A stretch of DNA of 64,000 nt, from the NCBI GenBank assembly GCA_964634205.1, contig CAZWKE010000015.1:66-64065 (forward strand), written 5' to 3'. Shown here in pieces: positions 8,781 to 17,879 of the stretch. A program made the position numbers and the translations under genes. This DNA comes from an uncultured Spirochaetaceae bacterium (lineage in GTDB: Bacteria > Spirochaetota > Spirochaetia > SZUA-6 > RPPD01). The notes under the pieces are model-generated. The model did no database searches and was not told where the DNA came from. It saw only the letters and a program-made list of their open reading frames with translations. Numbering within the stretch: position 1 is the first letter of the stretch; each line of letters opens with the position of its first letter.

Positions 8781-11072
8781 ATGATAAAAACGCATGTTAT
8801 TGGTTTTCCGCGTATCGGCGGAAAACGCGAGTTAAAATGGGCGCTTGAAGCCTTTTGGGGCGGCGAACTCACCGAAAATGAACTCAACTATCGCGCGGTT
8901 TCCATCATGCGCCACAACTGGGTGTGCCAGAAAACGGCCGGGCTTGATTATATTACCGCCGGTGATTTTTCACTCTACGATCATGTGCTTGATATAACGG
9001 CGGCTATCGGAGCCGTTCCCCCGCGTTTCCGGCAAAACGACGCACCGACCGGCCTGGGTCTTTATTTCAGCATGGCACGCGGTGACGTAAGCCGCGGCAT
9101 ACCGGCTATGGAAATGACAAAATGGTTTGACACCAATTATCATTACCTGGTTCCCGAGTTTTACGCCGGGCAGCGCTTTAAAAAATCTTCCGCCTTTTTT
9201 GAAGATCAGGTAAAAGCGGCGCGGCGTTTCGGTCGTCCCGTAAAACTTTGTCTGTTGGGGCCGGTAAGTTATATCATGCTGGGCAAAGAGATAGACGCGT
9301 CGGTAAATCGCCTGGATTATCTTGACGCGGTTACCGATGTGTATATTGAAATTCTGCAGGCCGCCGCCAAGGACTGCGCACTTGTCCAGTTGGACGAACC
9401 GATACTGAACACGGATATCGATGCACCGGTAAAAGCCGCCCTGTCGCGGGCGTACGGAAAAATCAGTTCCCGGGTGAAGGACGTACCGCTGATGCTGGCC
9501 GCCTATTTCAGTGCCTTGGAGCCGAACCTGGATACTGCCGTTTCCCTGCCCGTCCAGGTGCTGCATGTGGACCTGTGCGCGGGTGAAAGCGATTTTGACC
9601 GGGTTCTGCAGAGCCTGCCGGACCGGATGAGTCTTTCTCTGGGAATTGTCAACGGCAGAAATATCTGGCGTACCGATATGACGCGGGCCCTCGCCATGAT
9701 CGATCGGGCGCGGGCCGTCCTGGGAAGCGGGCGGCTGCTGCTTTCCTCAAGCTGTTCACTGCTGCACGTGCCTGTAGACCTGGACCGGGAATCGGCCCTT
9801 GACCCTGTCGTAAAACAGTGGATGGCTTTTGCCGTGCAGAAATGCCGGGAGCTCAGTCGGCTTAAAAATTACGCGTTGAATGGTTTTCCGGAGGAGGCGC
9901 GCGATCGTGAAGAGAAGCTTTGGGCGGGCAGGGCCGGCCACCCTGCGCTCAATAACCGGTCGGTCAGAAAACGGATGCGGGACATTACCCCGCGTATGTT
10001 ACAGCGTGATCTGCCTTTCACCGAAAGAAATCCGCTGCAAAAGGCGGCCCTGGGATTACCGCCGCTGCCCACCACCACCATCGGATCATTCCCCCAGACG
10101 GGTGAAATCCGCAAAACACGCAGGGCACTCCGTAACGGTGCCATAACGGACGCTGACTATACGGAATTTATGCGTGAGCAGATAAAAATGATTTTGTCCT
10201 TCCAGGAAAACATCGGACTGGATGTGCTGGTGCACGGGGAGGTTGAGCGTAACGACATGGTGGAGTATTTCGGCCAGCAGCTTGACGGCTTCTGTTTTAC
10301 CGGCAACGGCTGGGTGCAGAGTTACGGCAGCCGGTGCGTAAAGCCCCCGGTCATCTACGGCGATGTTTCCCGGCCGCATCCCATGACCGTACCATGGATG
10401 GAGTATGCGCTGAAACAGACCAGAAAACCGGTTAAAGGGATGCTGACCGGACCGGTGACTATTTTGTGTTGGAGTTTTGTGCGCGATGATCTTGCGCCGG
10501 CCGATGTCTGCCGCCAGATTGCCCTGGCTGTCAGGGATGAGGCGGCGGACCTGGAAAAAAGCGGTATTTCCGTCATCCAGATCGACGAGCCGGCCTTCCG
10601 TGAGGGTATGCCCCTGCGTCGTGCGCGGCAGGATGAGTATTTAGGGTGGGCCGTGGAATGCTTTCATCTGGCAAGCTGCGGGGTGAAGGCCGAAACGCAG
10701 GTGCACACCCACATGTGCTATAGTGAGTTTAATTCGATCATCAAGTGGATTGCCGAGATGGACGCTGACGTCATCAGCATAGAGGCCAGCCGCAGCAGGA
10801 TGGAACTGCTTTCGGTATTTGATGATTTTAACTACCCCAATGAGATCGGGCCGGGTGTCTATGATATTCACAGCCCGCGGATCCCCGGGAAAGAGGAACT
10901 GAAGGAACTGATAAAAAAGGCATTGCGGTATATTCCGGCGGCAAAGCTGTGGATCAACCCGGACTGCGGCTTAAAGACCAGGACCTGGCCCCAGGTGGAA
11001 CAGGCCCTGACCAACATGGTGCGGGCGGCGGCAGAGATTCGGGCCGAAATTGACGCGGAGGCGGGTATATGA
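8781..11072 (+). CDS. metE: 5-methyltetrahydropteroyltriglutamate--homocysteine S-methyltransferase (cobalamin-independent methionine synthase)
   Basis: About 764 aa. MIKTHVIGFPRIGGKRELK N-terminus. Duplicated UroD-like halves. C-terminal zinc site motifs (HMCYSEF, DCGLKTR). Confidence 0.9.
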   Translation: MIKTHVIGFPRIGGKRELKWALEAFWGGELTENELNYRAVSIMRHNWVCQKTAGLDYITAGDFSLYDHVLDITAAIGAVPPRFRQNDAPTGLGLYFSMARGDVSRGIPAMEMTKWFDTNYHYLVPEFYAGQRFKKSSAFFEDQVKAARRFGRPVKLCLLGPVSYIMLGKEIDASVNRLDYLDAVTDVYIEILQAAAKDCALVQLDEPILNTDIDAPVKAALSRAYGKISSRVKDVPLMLAAYFSALEPNLDTAVSLPVQVLHVDLCAGESDFDRVLQSLPDRMSLSLGIVNGRNIWRTDMTRALAMIDRARAVLGSGRLLLSSSCSLLHVPVDLDRESALDPVVKQWMAFAVQKCRELSRLKNYALNGFPEEARDREEKLWAGRAGHPALNNRSVRKRMRDITPRMLQRDLPFTERNPLQKAALGLPPLPTTTIGSFPQTGEIRKTRRALRNGAITDADYTEFMREQIKMILSFQENIGLDVLVHGEVERNDMVEYFGQQLDGFCFTGNGWVQSYGSRCVKPPVIYGDVSRPHPMTVPWMEYALKQTRKPVKGMLTGPVTILCWSFVRDDLAPADVCRQIALAVRDEAADLEKSGISVIQIDEPAFREGMPLRRARQDEYLGWAVECFHLASCGVKAETQVHTHMCYSEFNSIIKWIAEMDADVISIEASRSRMELLSVFDDFNYPNEIGPGVYDIHSPRIPGKEELKELIKKALRYIPAAKLWINPDCGLKTRTWPQVEQALTNMVRAAAEIRAEIDAEAGI

Positions 11073-12456
11073 TGTCCGGTGTCGGCGAGATACGGGTCGG
11101 ACCGGGAGTACTCGGGAGTGTGCTGTGGAACTGAAATTTACTATTTTTGGGATCCCCGTACGTATTCATCTTTATTTTTTAATAATTGTCGTTTTCTTAA
11201 GCACCACCAGGATCGCCCATCCCGCGCTGATACTCTCGTGGACCATAGTGGTGGTGGTGTCGGTCATCCTGCATGAACTGGGACACGCCCTTGCCGCCCG
11301 GGCATTCGGTCACAGTCCCAGCATTGAGTTGAAGGGCATCGGAGGGGCGACCTATACGCAGAGGGATGACAGCAGGCTGTTGGAGAGCATTACTATTTCA
11401 CTGGCCGGTCCCCTGACGGGAATTATCATCGGCCTGGCCGCCCTGTGGATGGAATCAACCGTTTCGGTTTCTTCTCCTGTATTTGCCGTGATTATCGGTG
11501 ATATCGTCTGGGTGAACCTCTACTGGAGCCTGGCCAACCTGGCGCCCGTGCTGCCGCTTGACGGCGGGAATATCGTGTTGGCCTTGTTAAACCGGGTGTT
11601 CAAAAACAAGGGCAGGATGATCGCCTCAATAATCTCCTTAGGTCTGACCGTCCCGTTGATTGTCTATTGTCTTTTGCACAATTACCTATTCATCACGCTG
11701 TTGTTGGGCTTCTTTGCGGTGTATAATTTGGGGCAGTTTCGCTATTATCGCAGCAGGGGTGTTGATGCCCACAAACTCCAGGGGCTTCGGGACGGGTATG
11801 CGCTGCTGCAGACCAAAAAATATGATCAGGCCGTCGAGTTGGGGAACAGGCTGCTTGCACAAACGGAAAATCCGCGTGTCAGGGCGGATGTGCTGAATCT
11901 GCTGGGCTGGGCCTATTTTTTAAAGCAGGATTTTGACAGTGCCCTTTCCCTCTATCACGATTACCCCCCGGGGATCAAGCAGGACCAGCGGCTTTTGGCC
12001 TTTCTCTATTTTAATACCCATGATTTTGAGAAGGCGTGCCGGCATTTCCAGAATATTTTTTATGCCGCCAATGACAGGCAGGTCGCCGAATACTATATGC
12101 TTTCCCTGCTTGAGTGTGTGCGCCTGGATGAAGCCTATAAAGCGGCGGAATACGCTCATATGAATATCAGTACGCCGAGCCTGCAAAGCCTGGAAACCCT
12201 GTTGTATAAAAATGAGCAGTTTACCCGTTCTTTCCATATTGATACGTTGATTTATTCCCGTGACCGGTCCGCTGATGCCGCCTACAATGCGGCCTGCGCC
12301 CTGGCCCGCAGCGGGGATAAGAAACGGGCCTGTTTATGGTTAAAAAAGGCCCTGAAAACCGGTTTTAAAAATATCCAACACCTGCGGTCTGATCCGGATC
12401 TGGAGCCCCTGCGCTCCATGTCGTGTTTTGAAAAAATAATACGGGAAGCGGAATGA
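11050..12456 (+). CDS. M50-family (site-2-protease-like) zinc metallopeptidase fused to C-terminal TPR repeats; start uncertain (GTG at ~11125 plausible)
   Basis: HELGHALAA HExxH motif inside a TM helix. FGIPVRIH N-terminal motif typical of M50. The C-terminal ~230 aa has TPR-like helical repeats. The 5' end overlaps the metE stop. Confidence 0.7.
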   Translation: MTRRRVYDVRCRRDTGRTGSTRECAVELKFTIFGIPVRIHLYFLIIVVFLSTTRIAHPALILSWTIVVVVSVILHELGHALAARAFGHSPSIELKGIGGATYTQRDDSRLLESITISLAGPLTGIIIGLAALWMESTVSVSSPVFAVIIGDIVWVNLYWSLANLAPVLPLDGGNIVLALLNRVFKNKGRMIASIISLGLTVPLIVYCLLHNYLFITLLLGFFAVYNLGQFRYYRSRGVDAHKLQGLRDGYALLQTKKYDQAVELGNRLLAQTENPRVRADVLNLLGWAYFLKQDFDSALSLYHDYPPGIKQDQRLLAFLYFNTHDFEKACRHFQNIFYAANDRQVAEYYMLSLLECVRLDEAYKAAEYAHMNISTPSLQSLETLLYKNEQFTRSFHIDTLIYSRDRSADAAYNAACALARSGDKKRACLWLKKALKTGFKNIQHLRSDPDLEPLRSMSCFEKIIREAE

Positions 12457-14000
12457 AAAAACAGGTGGTACGGCAGCATAAGGCTATAAAAAAACTTGAA
12501 TCCCTGACGGGCTATGTACATTATACCGGACTGTTCCTTGCTTTTGCGGCCTTTATTGTAATCGGAATTCTCCTTTTTCTGATGAGTGAACATAACTATT
12601 TATTGTTCCACACCACTGCCGAGCTTTTCAGTATTATTATCGCCGCGGCCATATTCATTCTGGCCTGGAACACCAGAAACTATTCTGAAAACGCCAACCT
12701 GCTCTTTTTGGGAACCATCTACCTGTTTGTGGGGATACTCGACTTTTTTCATACCCTTACCTACAAGGGGATAAACCTGTTTGATACGGGGGTGTTCCAT
12801 GCCACTGAATTTTGGGTGGCCGCGCGCTATATGGAAAGCATCAGCCTGTTTGTTTTTATGCTTTTCTTTAACCGCTTCCGGCACCGGTTCTTTTCCCTGA
12901 TTGTGATTGCCTATACGCTCATCACCACATCATTGGTGCTCTCCATCCTGGTCTGGAAGATATTCCCGGTGTGTTATATCGATCTGCCGGGCAAGGGGCT
13001 GACCCCGTTTAAAATTATCAGTGAATATCTCATCATGGCCGTACTTGCCGTCTCGCTGGTTGTGCTGATCCTGCGCAGAAAGCAGTTCAAGGAACGCCTG
13101 CTGTTTTATTTGGTGTTATGTATCATTACCACCATAATCAGCGAGTTCTTTTTTACCCTTTATACGGACGTCTACGGGATGTGGAACTATCTCGGACATT
13201 TTTTTAAAATCATTTCTTTTTATCTGGTTTACAAGTCAATCATCCAGTTCGGTCTGCGCAATCCGTTTGAGGTTATTTTCAATGAATTAAAACAGAACGA
13301 GATCAAACTGGAACAGGCCAATACCACAAAAAACAAATTTTTTTCGATCATTGCGCATGATCTTAAAGGTCCGTTCAGCGGCATCCTGGGATTTTCCAAA
13401 CTGCTGGCCGAGAAATATGATGATATCAGTGAAGAAAACAGAAAGTATTTTGTGGGACTCATCCACAGCTCCTCGGAACAGGCCTTTAACCTGTTGGAAA
13501 ACCTGCTTCACTGGGCAAGGGTGCAGTCGAATAAACTGCAGGTAAACAAGGTCAAGGTGAATCTCGCTTCCTTGGTAAAGGATATTTTTATTTTATTTGA
13601 AAATTATGCAAAGAAAAAGGACATCGGGCTCGAGGCGGATGTCCCCGACAACATCACAATCCGGGCCGATAAATCAATGATTTTTACGGTGATCTCCAAC
13701 CTGGTAAACAACGGGATCAAATATACAAAACCCGGAGGGAGCATAACCGTTTCCGCGGAAATTTCCGAAAAGACCCTGCGGGTGAAGGTAGCCGATACGG
13801 GGGTGGGCATCGATAAAGAAAATCTTGATAAATTATTCAGAATAGATACCAGTTATAGTAAACCCGGTACGGAGCATGAAAACGGAACGGGATTGGGCCT
13901 GGTGTTATGCAAAGAGTTTGTGGAAATGCATCATGGAAAAATCCGGGCGGAGAGTACCGTCGGCAAGGGTTCCGTGTTCAGTTTCAGTATTCCGGTGTAA
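12453..14000 (+). CDS. Membrane sensor histidine kinase (multi-TM N-terminal sensor, HisKA, HATPase_c)
   Basis: About 7 predicted TM helices. H-box FFSIIAHDLKGPFSG, N-box NLVNNGIKYT, G1 DTGVGID, G2 GTGLGL. ATGA overlap with the upstream gene. Confidence 0.85.
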   Translation: MKKQVVRQHKAIKKLESLTGYVHYTGLFLAFAAFIVIGILLFLMSEHNYLLFHTTAELFSIIIAAAIFILAWNTRNYSENANLLFLGTIYLFVGILDFFHTLTYKGINLFDTGVFHATEFWVAARYMESISLFVFMLFFNRFRHRFFSLIVIAYTLITTSLVLSILVWKIFPVCYIDLPGKGLTPFKIISEYLIMAVLAVSLVVLILRRKQFKERLLFYLVLCIITTIISEFFFTLYTDVYGMWNYLGHFFKIISFYLVYKSIIQFGLRNPFEVIFNELKQNEIKLEQANTTKNKFFSIIAHDLKGPFSGILGFSKLLAEKYDDISEENRKYFVGLIHSSSEQAFNLLENLLHWARVQSNKLQVNKVKVNLASLVKDIFILFENYAKKKDIGLEADVPDNITIRADKSMIFTVISNLVNNGIKYTKPGGSITVSAEISEKTLRVKVADTGVGIDKENLDKLFRIDTSYSKPGTEHENGTGLGLVLCKEFVEMHHGKIRAESTVGKGSVFSFSIPV

Positions 14001-14019
14001 TAGTCGTCCGTTTCCGGTG

Positions 14020-14478
14020 TTATTGCAGCACCCTGATATGATATCCTTTCAACAGCCAGATCTTTTTCCCGTTATAGGTGGTGGTGGGAGATATAATCTT
14101 TGCCACTAAAATGACCGTGGAGTTTATTCCTATCTGCCGGGTACCGAACAACCGCTTGTACTCCGGTCCGCTGAACCGGATGAACGCCTGATAACTTTTT
14201 ACCTGCTCGGGACTTATCCATTCCCCTCCGGTCAAGGTCAGCTGCACGGTATAGGTGTTCGTGTTTTTGTCAAGAATGGCAATGTCGGAAATCGTCCCGC
14301 TCAGAATGATATACTTGTCGGTGGGAAGCGTGCCGCCGCGGCCCTGCTCCATAAGCTGGTTTAATGTTTTAAGGGTGATGGAAAAATCCACCTTTGCATC
14401 AAAAGCAGACCGGTCCTGGGGGAAAGCGGTCAGGCTTAATGCAAAAAGCAGAAGAGGTATAGTAATATATTTTTTCAT
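14020..14478 (-). CDS. Hypothetical secreted protein
   Basis: 152 aa. Signal peptide MKKYITIPLLLFALSLTAFPQ. No recognisable catalytic motifs. Confidence 0.5.
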   Translation of the reverse strand: MKKYITIPLLLFALSLTAFPQDRSAFDAKVDFSITLKTLNQLMEQGRGGTLPTDKYIILSGTISDIAILDKNTNTYTVQLTLTGGEWISPEQVKSYQAFIRFSGPEYKRLFGTRQIGINSTVILVAKIISPTTTYNGKKIWLLKGYHIRVLQ

Positions 14479-14561
14479 ACGGTTCCACTCCTTCCATAAA
14501 AATACTAATTGCTTTAAGGCGTTGGGTCAATAAAATTATTTTTGCCGCCTTGAGAGCTGTG

Positions 14562-15302
14562 TCAGGGAACAGATTTACTATTGCCGGTCCCGGACGTTAG
14601 AATCCCGTCTATCTGACCCAGAATTGACTCCAGGCGTGCGGCTTCTGCGTCGGACAGACCGGCGCGGCCCATGATGTCTTGAAAAAACACACCGATGTCA
14701 TGATACGGTGCCTGCTTGAAAATACCCATTTTTTTTAAAACCGCGGTGGTGGTCTTTGCCAGGGAATCTACACGTGATTTGGGGACAGGAGAAAAGGATA
14801 CGTCTTGGGCAGGTAATTCATGACGGTATAAAATATAGGTTATAATCTGTACGGCATGCGAAAGGTTTAAGGAGGGGAATAAAGGCGAAGACGGGATGTT
14901 GACGGCCACATGACAGTGGGAAAGCTCCGCATCGGAAAGTCCGTGTTTTTCAGTTCCGAACACCAGGGAAACCCTGCCGCCCGGAACGGCTGCAACACGT
15001 TCGGCAAGCTGCTCAGGAGTAAGGGTAACATACTTGCGGAACTTTCCCTGACGCCGGGTGATTCCCGCGATCAAGACCGAGTCTTGGAGCGCCTGCTTCA
15101 GGTTTGGTACCACCGTGCAGGCTTTTACAATATCCGCGGCATGGACCGCCGTAATTGCGGCGCGTTTAAAGTCAGGCCGCTTTTGTGCGATAATCTTGAG
15201 AGAGCTGATCCCCATTGTTTTCATGGCTCGAGCGGCCAGGCCGATATTCTTCTCTTCGGAAGGGTTTACCAATACTATTGTAATATTTTCCCGAATGCCC
15301 AT
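14562..15302 (-). CDS. SpoU/TrmH-family RNA 2'-O-methyltransferase (TrmJ-like)
   Basis: 246 aa. N-terminal ITIVLVNPSEEKNIGLAARAMKTMG, characteristic of TrmJ/LasT. Confidence 0.75.
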   Translation of the reverse strand: MGIRENITIVLVNPSEEKNIGLAARAMKTMGISSLKIIAQKRPDFKRAAITAVHAADIVKACTVVPNLKQALQDSVLIAGITRRQGKFRKYVTLTPEQLAERVAAVPGGRVSLVFGTEKHGLSDAELSHCHVAVNIPSSPLFPSLNLSHAVQIITYILYRHELPAQDVSFSPVPKSRVDSLAKTTTAVLKKMGIFKQAPYHDIGVFFQDIMGRAGLSDAEAARLESILGQIDGILTSGTGNSKSVP

Positions 15303-15438
15303 ACCATAAACTCCTCTATGGAAAAAACTGTAACGGGTATACCGGCTTTAGTCAAACCGCGATTTTACATTCGTTCCATATGAAAATCACCGTAGTCTAA
15401 CAGAAGGCCGATAACAGCAAATTTTTTTTTATTATTGT

Positions 15439-15466
15439 TTGACAAATATGTGAATGCTTATATAAT
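15439..15466 (+). promoter_or_regulatory. Near-consensus sigma-70 promoter (TTGACA - 16 nt - TATAAT) upstream of the STAS/YbjN/PspA genes
   Basis: The sequence tgTTGACAaatatgtgaatgcttaTATAATtaaag lies in an AT-rich 230-bp intergenic region, about 65 nt upstream of the 15533 start. Confidence 0.5.
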
Positions 15467-15532
15467 TAAAGAAGAAATCTCAAGCTATTTTCCCTCTTAA
15501 AAGTAGAGTGAGAATTATGTAAAAGGATTGAT

Positions 15533-16081
15533 ATGAACAATGAGATAATACCAGGATTTGACGATGAAAAAGATGAAAGCCTAAAAATACGTCTTCAGAA
15601 TGTAGATAATGTCGAGAACTGTCTGGTTCTGTATCTCAGTGGGTATATAGATACGTATAATTCGAACTTATTCCAGAAAAGAGTATCAAAAGCCATCGAT
15701 AAAGGTTTCATCAGACTGATATTTCATTGCGGGGGCCTTAATTATGTATCCAGTACGGGTATCGGGTCGTTTACCGCGTTTTTAAAGGCCGTAAAACCGC
15801 GCAGCGGTGATTTGGTTTTACTTGAAATCCAGCCGAAAGTATACGAGGTTTTTCAGCTGCTTGGATTTTCTCAGTTTTTTAATATCAAGGAAACGCTGGA
15901 GGACGCGGTTTCATTCTTTACACAGGCAAGCACAAAAGCCCCCAACGCCATTTTTCCGAAAATATTCAAATGCCCTATCTGTTCCAAGAAATTAAAGGCG
16001 ACCAGGGCCGGACGCTTCCGCTGTTCGGAGTGTAAGACAATCCTTGTCATTGATGACTCGGGTCAAGTATTTCTTGGGTAA
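15533..16081 (+). CDS. STAS-domain (anti-sigma-antagonist-like) protein with a C-terminal C4 zinc ribbon
   Basis: STAS-like core LVLYLSGYIDTYNSNLFQKRV...YVSSTGIGSFTAF...GDLVLLEIQPKVYEVFQLLGF. C-terminal CPICSKK...CSEC zinc ribbon. Confidence 0.6.
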   Translation: MNNEIIPGFDDEKDESLKIRLQNVDNVENCLVLYLSGYIDTYNSNLFQKRVSKAIDKGFIRLIFHCGGLNYVSSTGIGSFTAFLKAVKPRSGDLVLLEIQPKVYEVFQLLGFSQFFNIKETLEDAVSFFTQASTKAPNAIFPKIFKCPICSKKLKATRAGRFRCSECKTILVIDDSGQVFLG

Positions 16082-16118
16082 TCCGTTTTGATGTAACAAT
16101 TAAAAAATTAAGGAGGAG

Positions 16119-16511
16119 ATGATGATAAGCAAAGACAAGCTTGAAGGGTATATGATAAAACTTTCCCTCAATTTTGAAGAAATATCGGAAAACACCTGGC
16201 TGATCAACGATCTCGACAAGGGCCTGGAAAACGTTGTGGTCCTTGCCAATGACTCCGTGGTAGTAATAAGGGTCAAGGTAATGGAGGCCCCCGAGGTAAA
16301 CAGGGAGGCCTTTTTCGGTAAGTTGTTGAAATTAAACGCAACGGATATGGTTCACGGGGCCTATGCGCTGGAGGAGGACAATGTTATCATAATTGATTCA
16401 CTTGTCTCCGAAACGCTTGATTTGGAAGAGTTCCAGGCGTCGATTGACGCAATCGGGTTTGCCCTGTCTCAGCACTATGCCGTGCTTTCAAAATATAGAA
16501 AAAAGGACTAA
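16119..16511 (+). CDS. YbjN-like (T3SS-chaperone-like fold) hypothetical protein
   Basis: 130-aa acidic protein. Its alternating hydrophobic pattern resembles the YbjN/putative sensory-transduction-regulator family. Sits directly upstream of pspA. Confidence 0.45.
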   Translation: MMISKDKLEGYMIKLSLNFEEISENTWLINDLDKGLENVVVLANDSVVVIRVKVMEAPEVNREAFFGKLLKLNATDMVHGAYALEEDNVIIIDSLVSETLDLEEFQASIDAIGFALSQHYAVLSKYRKKD

Positions 16512-16524
16512 GGAGGCGATTAAT

Positions 16525-17235
16525 ATGGGTATTTTTAAACGCATGGGCGATGTTTTACGCGCCAATATAAATGATATGATAAGCAAGTCCGAAAATCCTG
16601 AAAAAATGTTAAACCAGATGGTTATGGACATGCAGGAGCATCTGATCGATTCAAAAAAGAGTGTGGCGTCCGCCATCGCGGATGAGAAGCGCCTGGAACG
16701 GCAGATGAAAGAGCAGATTGCCCAGGCCCAGGATTGGGAGAAAAAGGCCATGCTGGCGGTAAACGCGGGTAAGGATGATCTGGCAAAAGAGGCCCTCCTG
16801 CGGAAACAGGAATACGCGGGCCTGGCCACACAGTATAAAGAGCAGTGGCAGGCGCAGCATGTGTCCGTGCAAAAATTAAAAGAATCTTTACGCCTCCTGC
16901 AAAATAAAATTGAAGAGGCGCAGAGAAAGAAGAACCTGCTTATTGCCCGGGCCAAGCGGGCCGAAGCGCAGAAGCAGATACAGAAGACCATGGGTGGACT
17001 GTCCGATACTTCAGCCTTTGAGGTGTTCGACAGAATGGAGGCCAAGGTGGATCAAATCGAGGCTGAGGCCGATGCCATGCAGGAGCTGGAAGACTTCAGT
17101 GCCGATTCCGATCTTGATAAGCAGTTTAAACAGCTTGAGTCCGGAGATGCAAACGCGGATCTGATGTTGGAAGAATTGAAGCAGAAAATGGGACAAATCG
17201 AAGACAAGAGCGGAGATAAAGGCGCAGAAGCATAG
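16525..17235 (+). CDS. pspA: PspA/IM30-family envelope-stress protein
   Basis: AGGAGG RBS 9 nt upstream of the ATG. MGIFKRMGDVLRANINDMISKSENPEKMLNQ is the canonical PspA N-terminus. Coiled coil throughout. Confidence 0.85.
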   Translation: MGIFKRMGDVLRANINDMISKSENPEKMLNQMVMDMQEHLIDSKKSVASAIADEKRLERQMKEQIAQAQDWEKKAMLAVNAGKDDLAKEALLRKQEYAGLATQYKEQWQAQHVSVQKLKESLRLLQNKIEEAQRKKNLLIARAKRAEAQKQIQKTMGGLSDTSAFEVFDRMEAKVDQIEAEADAMQELEDFSADSDLDKQFKQLESGDANADLMLEELKQKMGQIEDKSGDKGAEA

Positions 17236-17338
17236 TTTTTTAATCAACCTTGTTTCACACAATCAAATTTTATTCGAGACGCTGAAACTACACAATAAAA
17301 AACAAAAACGTTATCAGTATGTTTATACCGCGAAACCC

Positions 17339-17866
17339 GTGGCGGAAAGTGAGACAGACGCCTATGTTGTGCCTGTGGAGTCGGTCCCCCTGTTGTTGAG
17401 CAGAAAGGGACTGCCGGATACCTGGCTGCCGGTCATAGCTTACGGAAAACCCGCGTCGCTTGCCAAAGCCTTTCTGGCGGGTTGTCAAGATTACCTGAAG
17501 GAGCCCTTTAACCTTATTGAACTGGAGTTCAGGTTAAACAAAATATTTACCACTGAGGATAACAGCTATCCATTGTACGGCCGGAAACTGGCACTGCAGG
17601 CCACGGAGTGTTCCACGGAAACGGACCATGTGCAGTTATCGTTGCAGGAGGGTGTTTTACTGCGGCTGCTCTTAAAGCAGCGCGGCAGAATCGTCCCCCG
17701 TGATGTATTATTCTACGCGCTGTGGGGAAAACCGCCGCGCAGGCACAGCCGCGTTGTGGACGTACATATTTCCTCACTGCGTAGAAAGCTTTCCCGGCTT
17801 TTCCCTGAGATGAAAAACGAACGCTTTATTTACAGTGCAAAGGGAAAAGGCTATATTCTGTTGTAG
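17339..17866 (+). CDS. OmpR/PhoB-type winged-helix regulator retaining only the C-terminal half (alpha4-beta5-alpha5) of a receiver domain
   Basis: GTG start. DYLKEPFNLIELEFRLNKI matches the receiver alpha4-beta5-alpha5 region. The Trans_reg_C wHTH follows (VVDVHISSLRRKL...GKGYIL). There is no room upstream for the phospho-acceptor half. Confidence 0.55.
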   Translation: MAESETDAYVVPVESVPLLLSRKGLPDTWLPVIAYGKPASLAKAFLAGCQDYLKEPFNLIELEFRLNKIFTTEDNSYPLYGRKLALQATECSTETDHVQLSLQEGVLLRLLLKQRGRIVPRDVLFYALWGKPPRRHSRVVDVHISSLRRKLSRLFPEMKNERFIYSAKGKGYILL

Positions 17867-17879
17867 AGATGAGAGAGAA

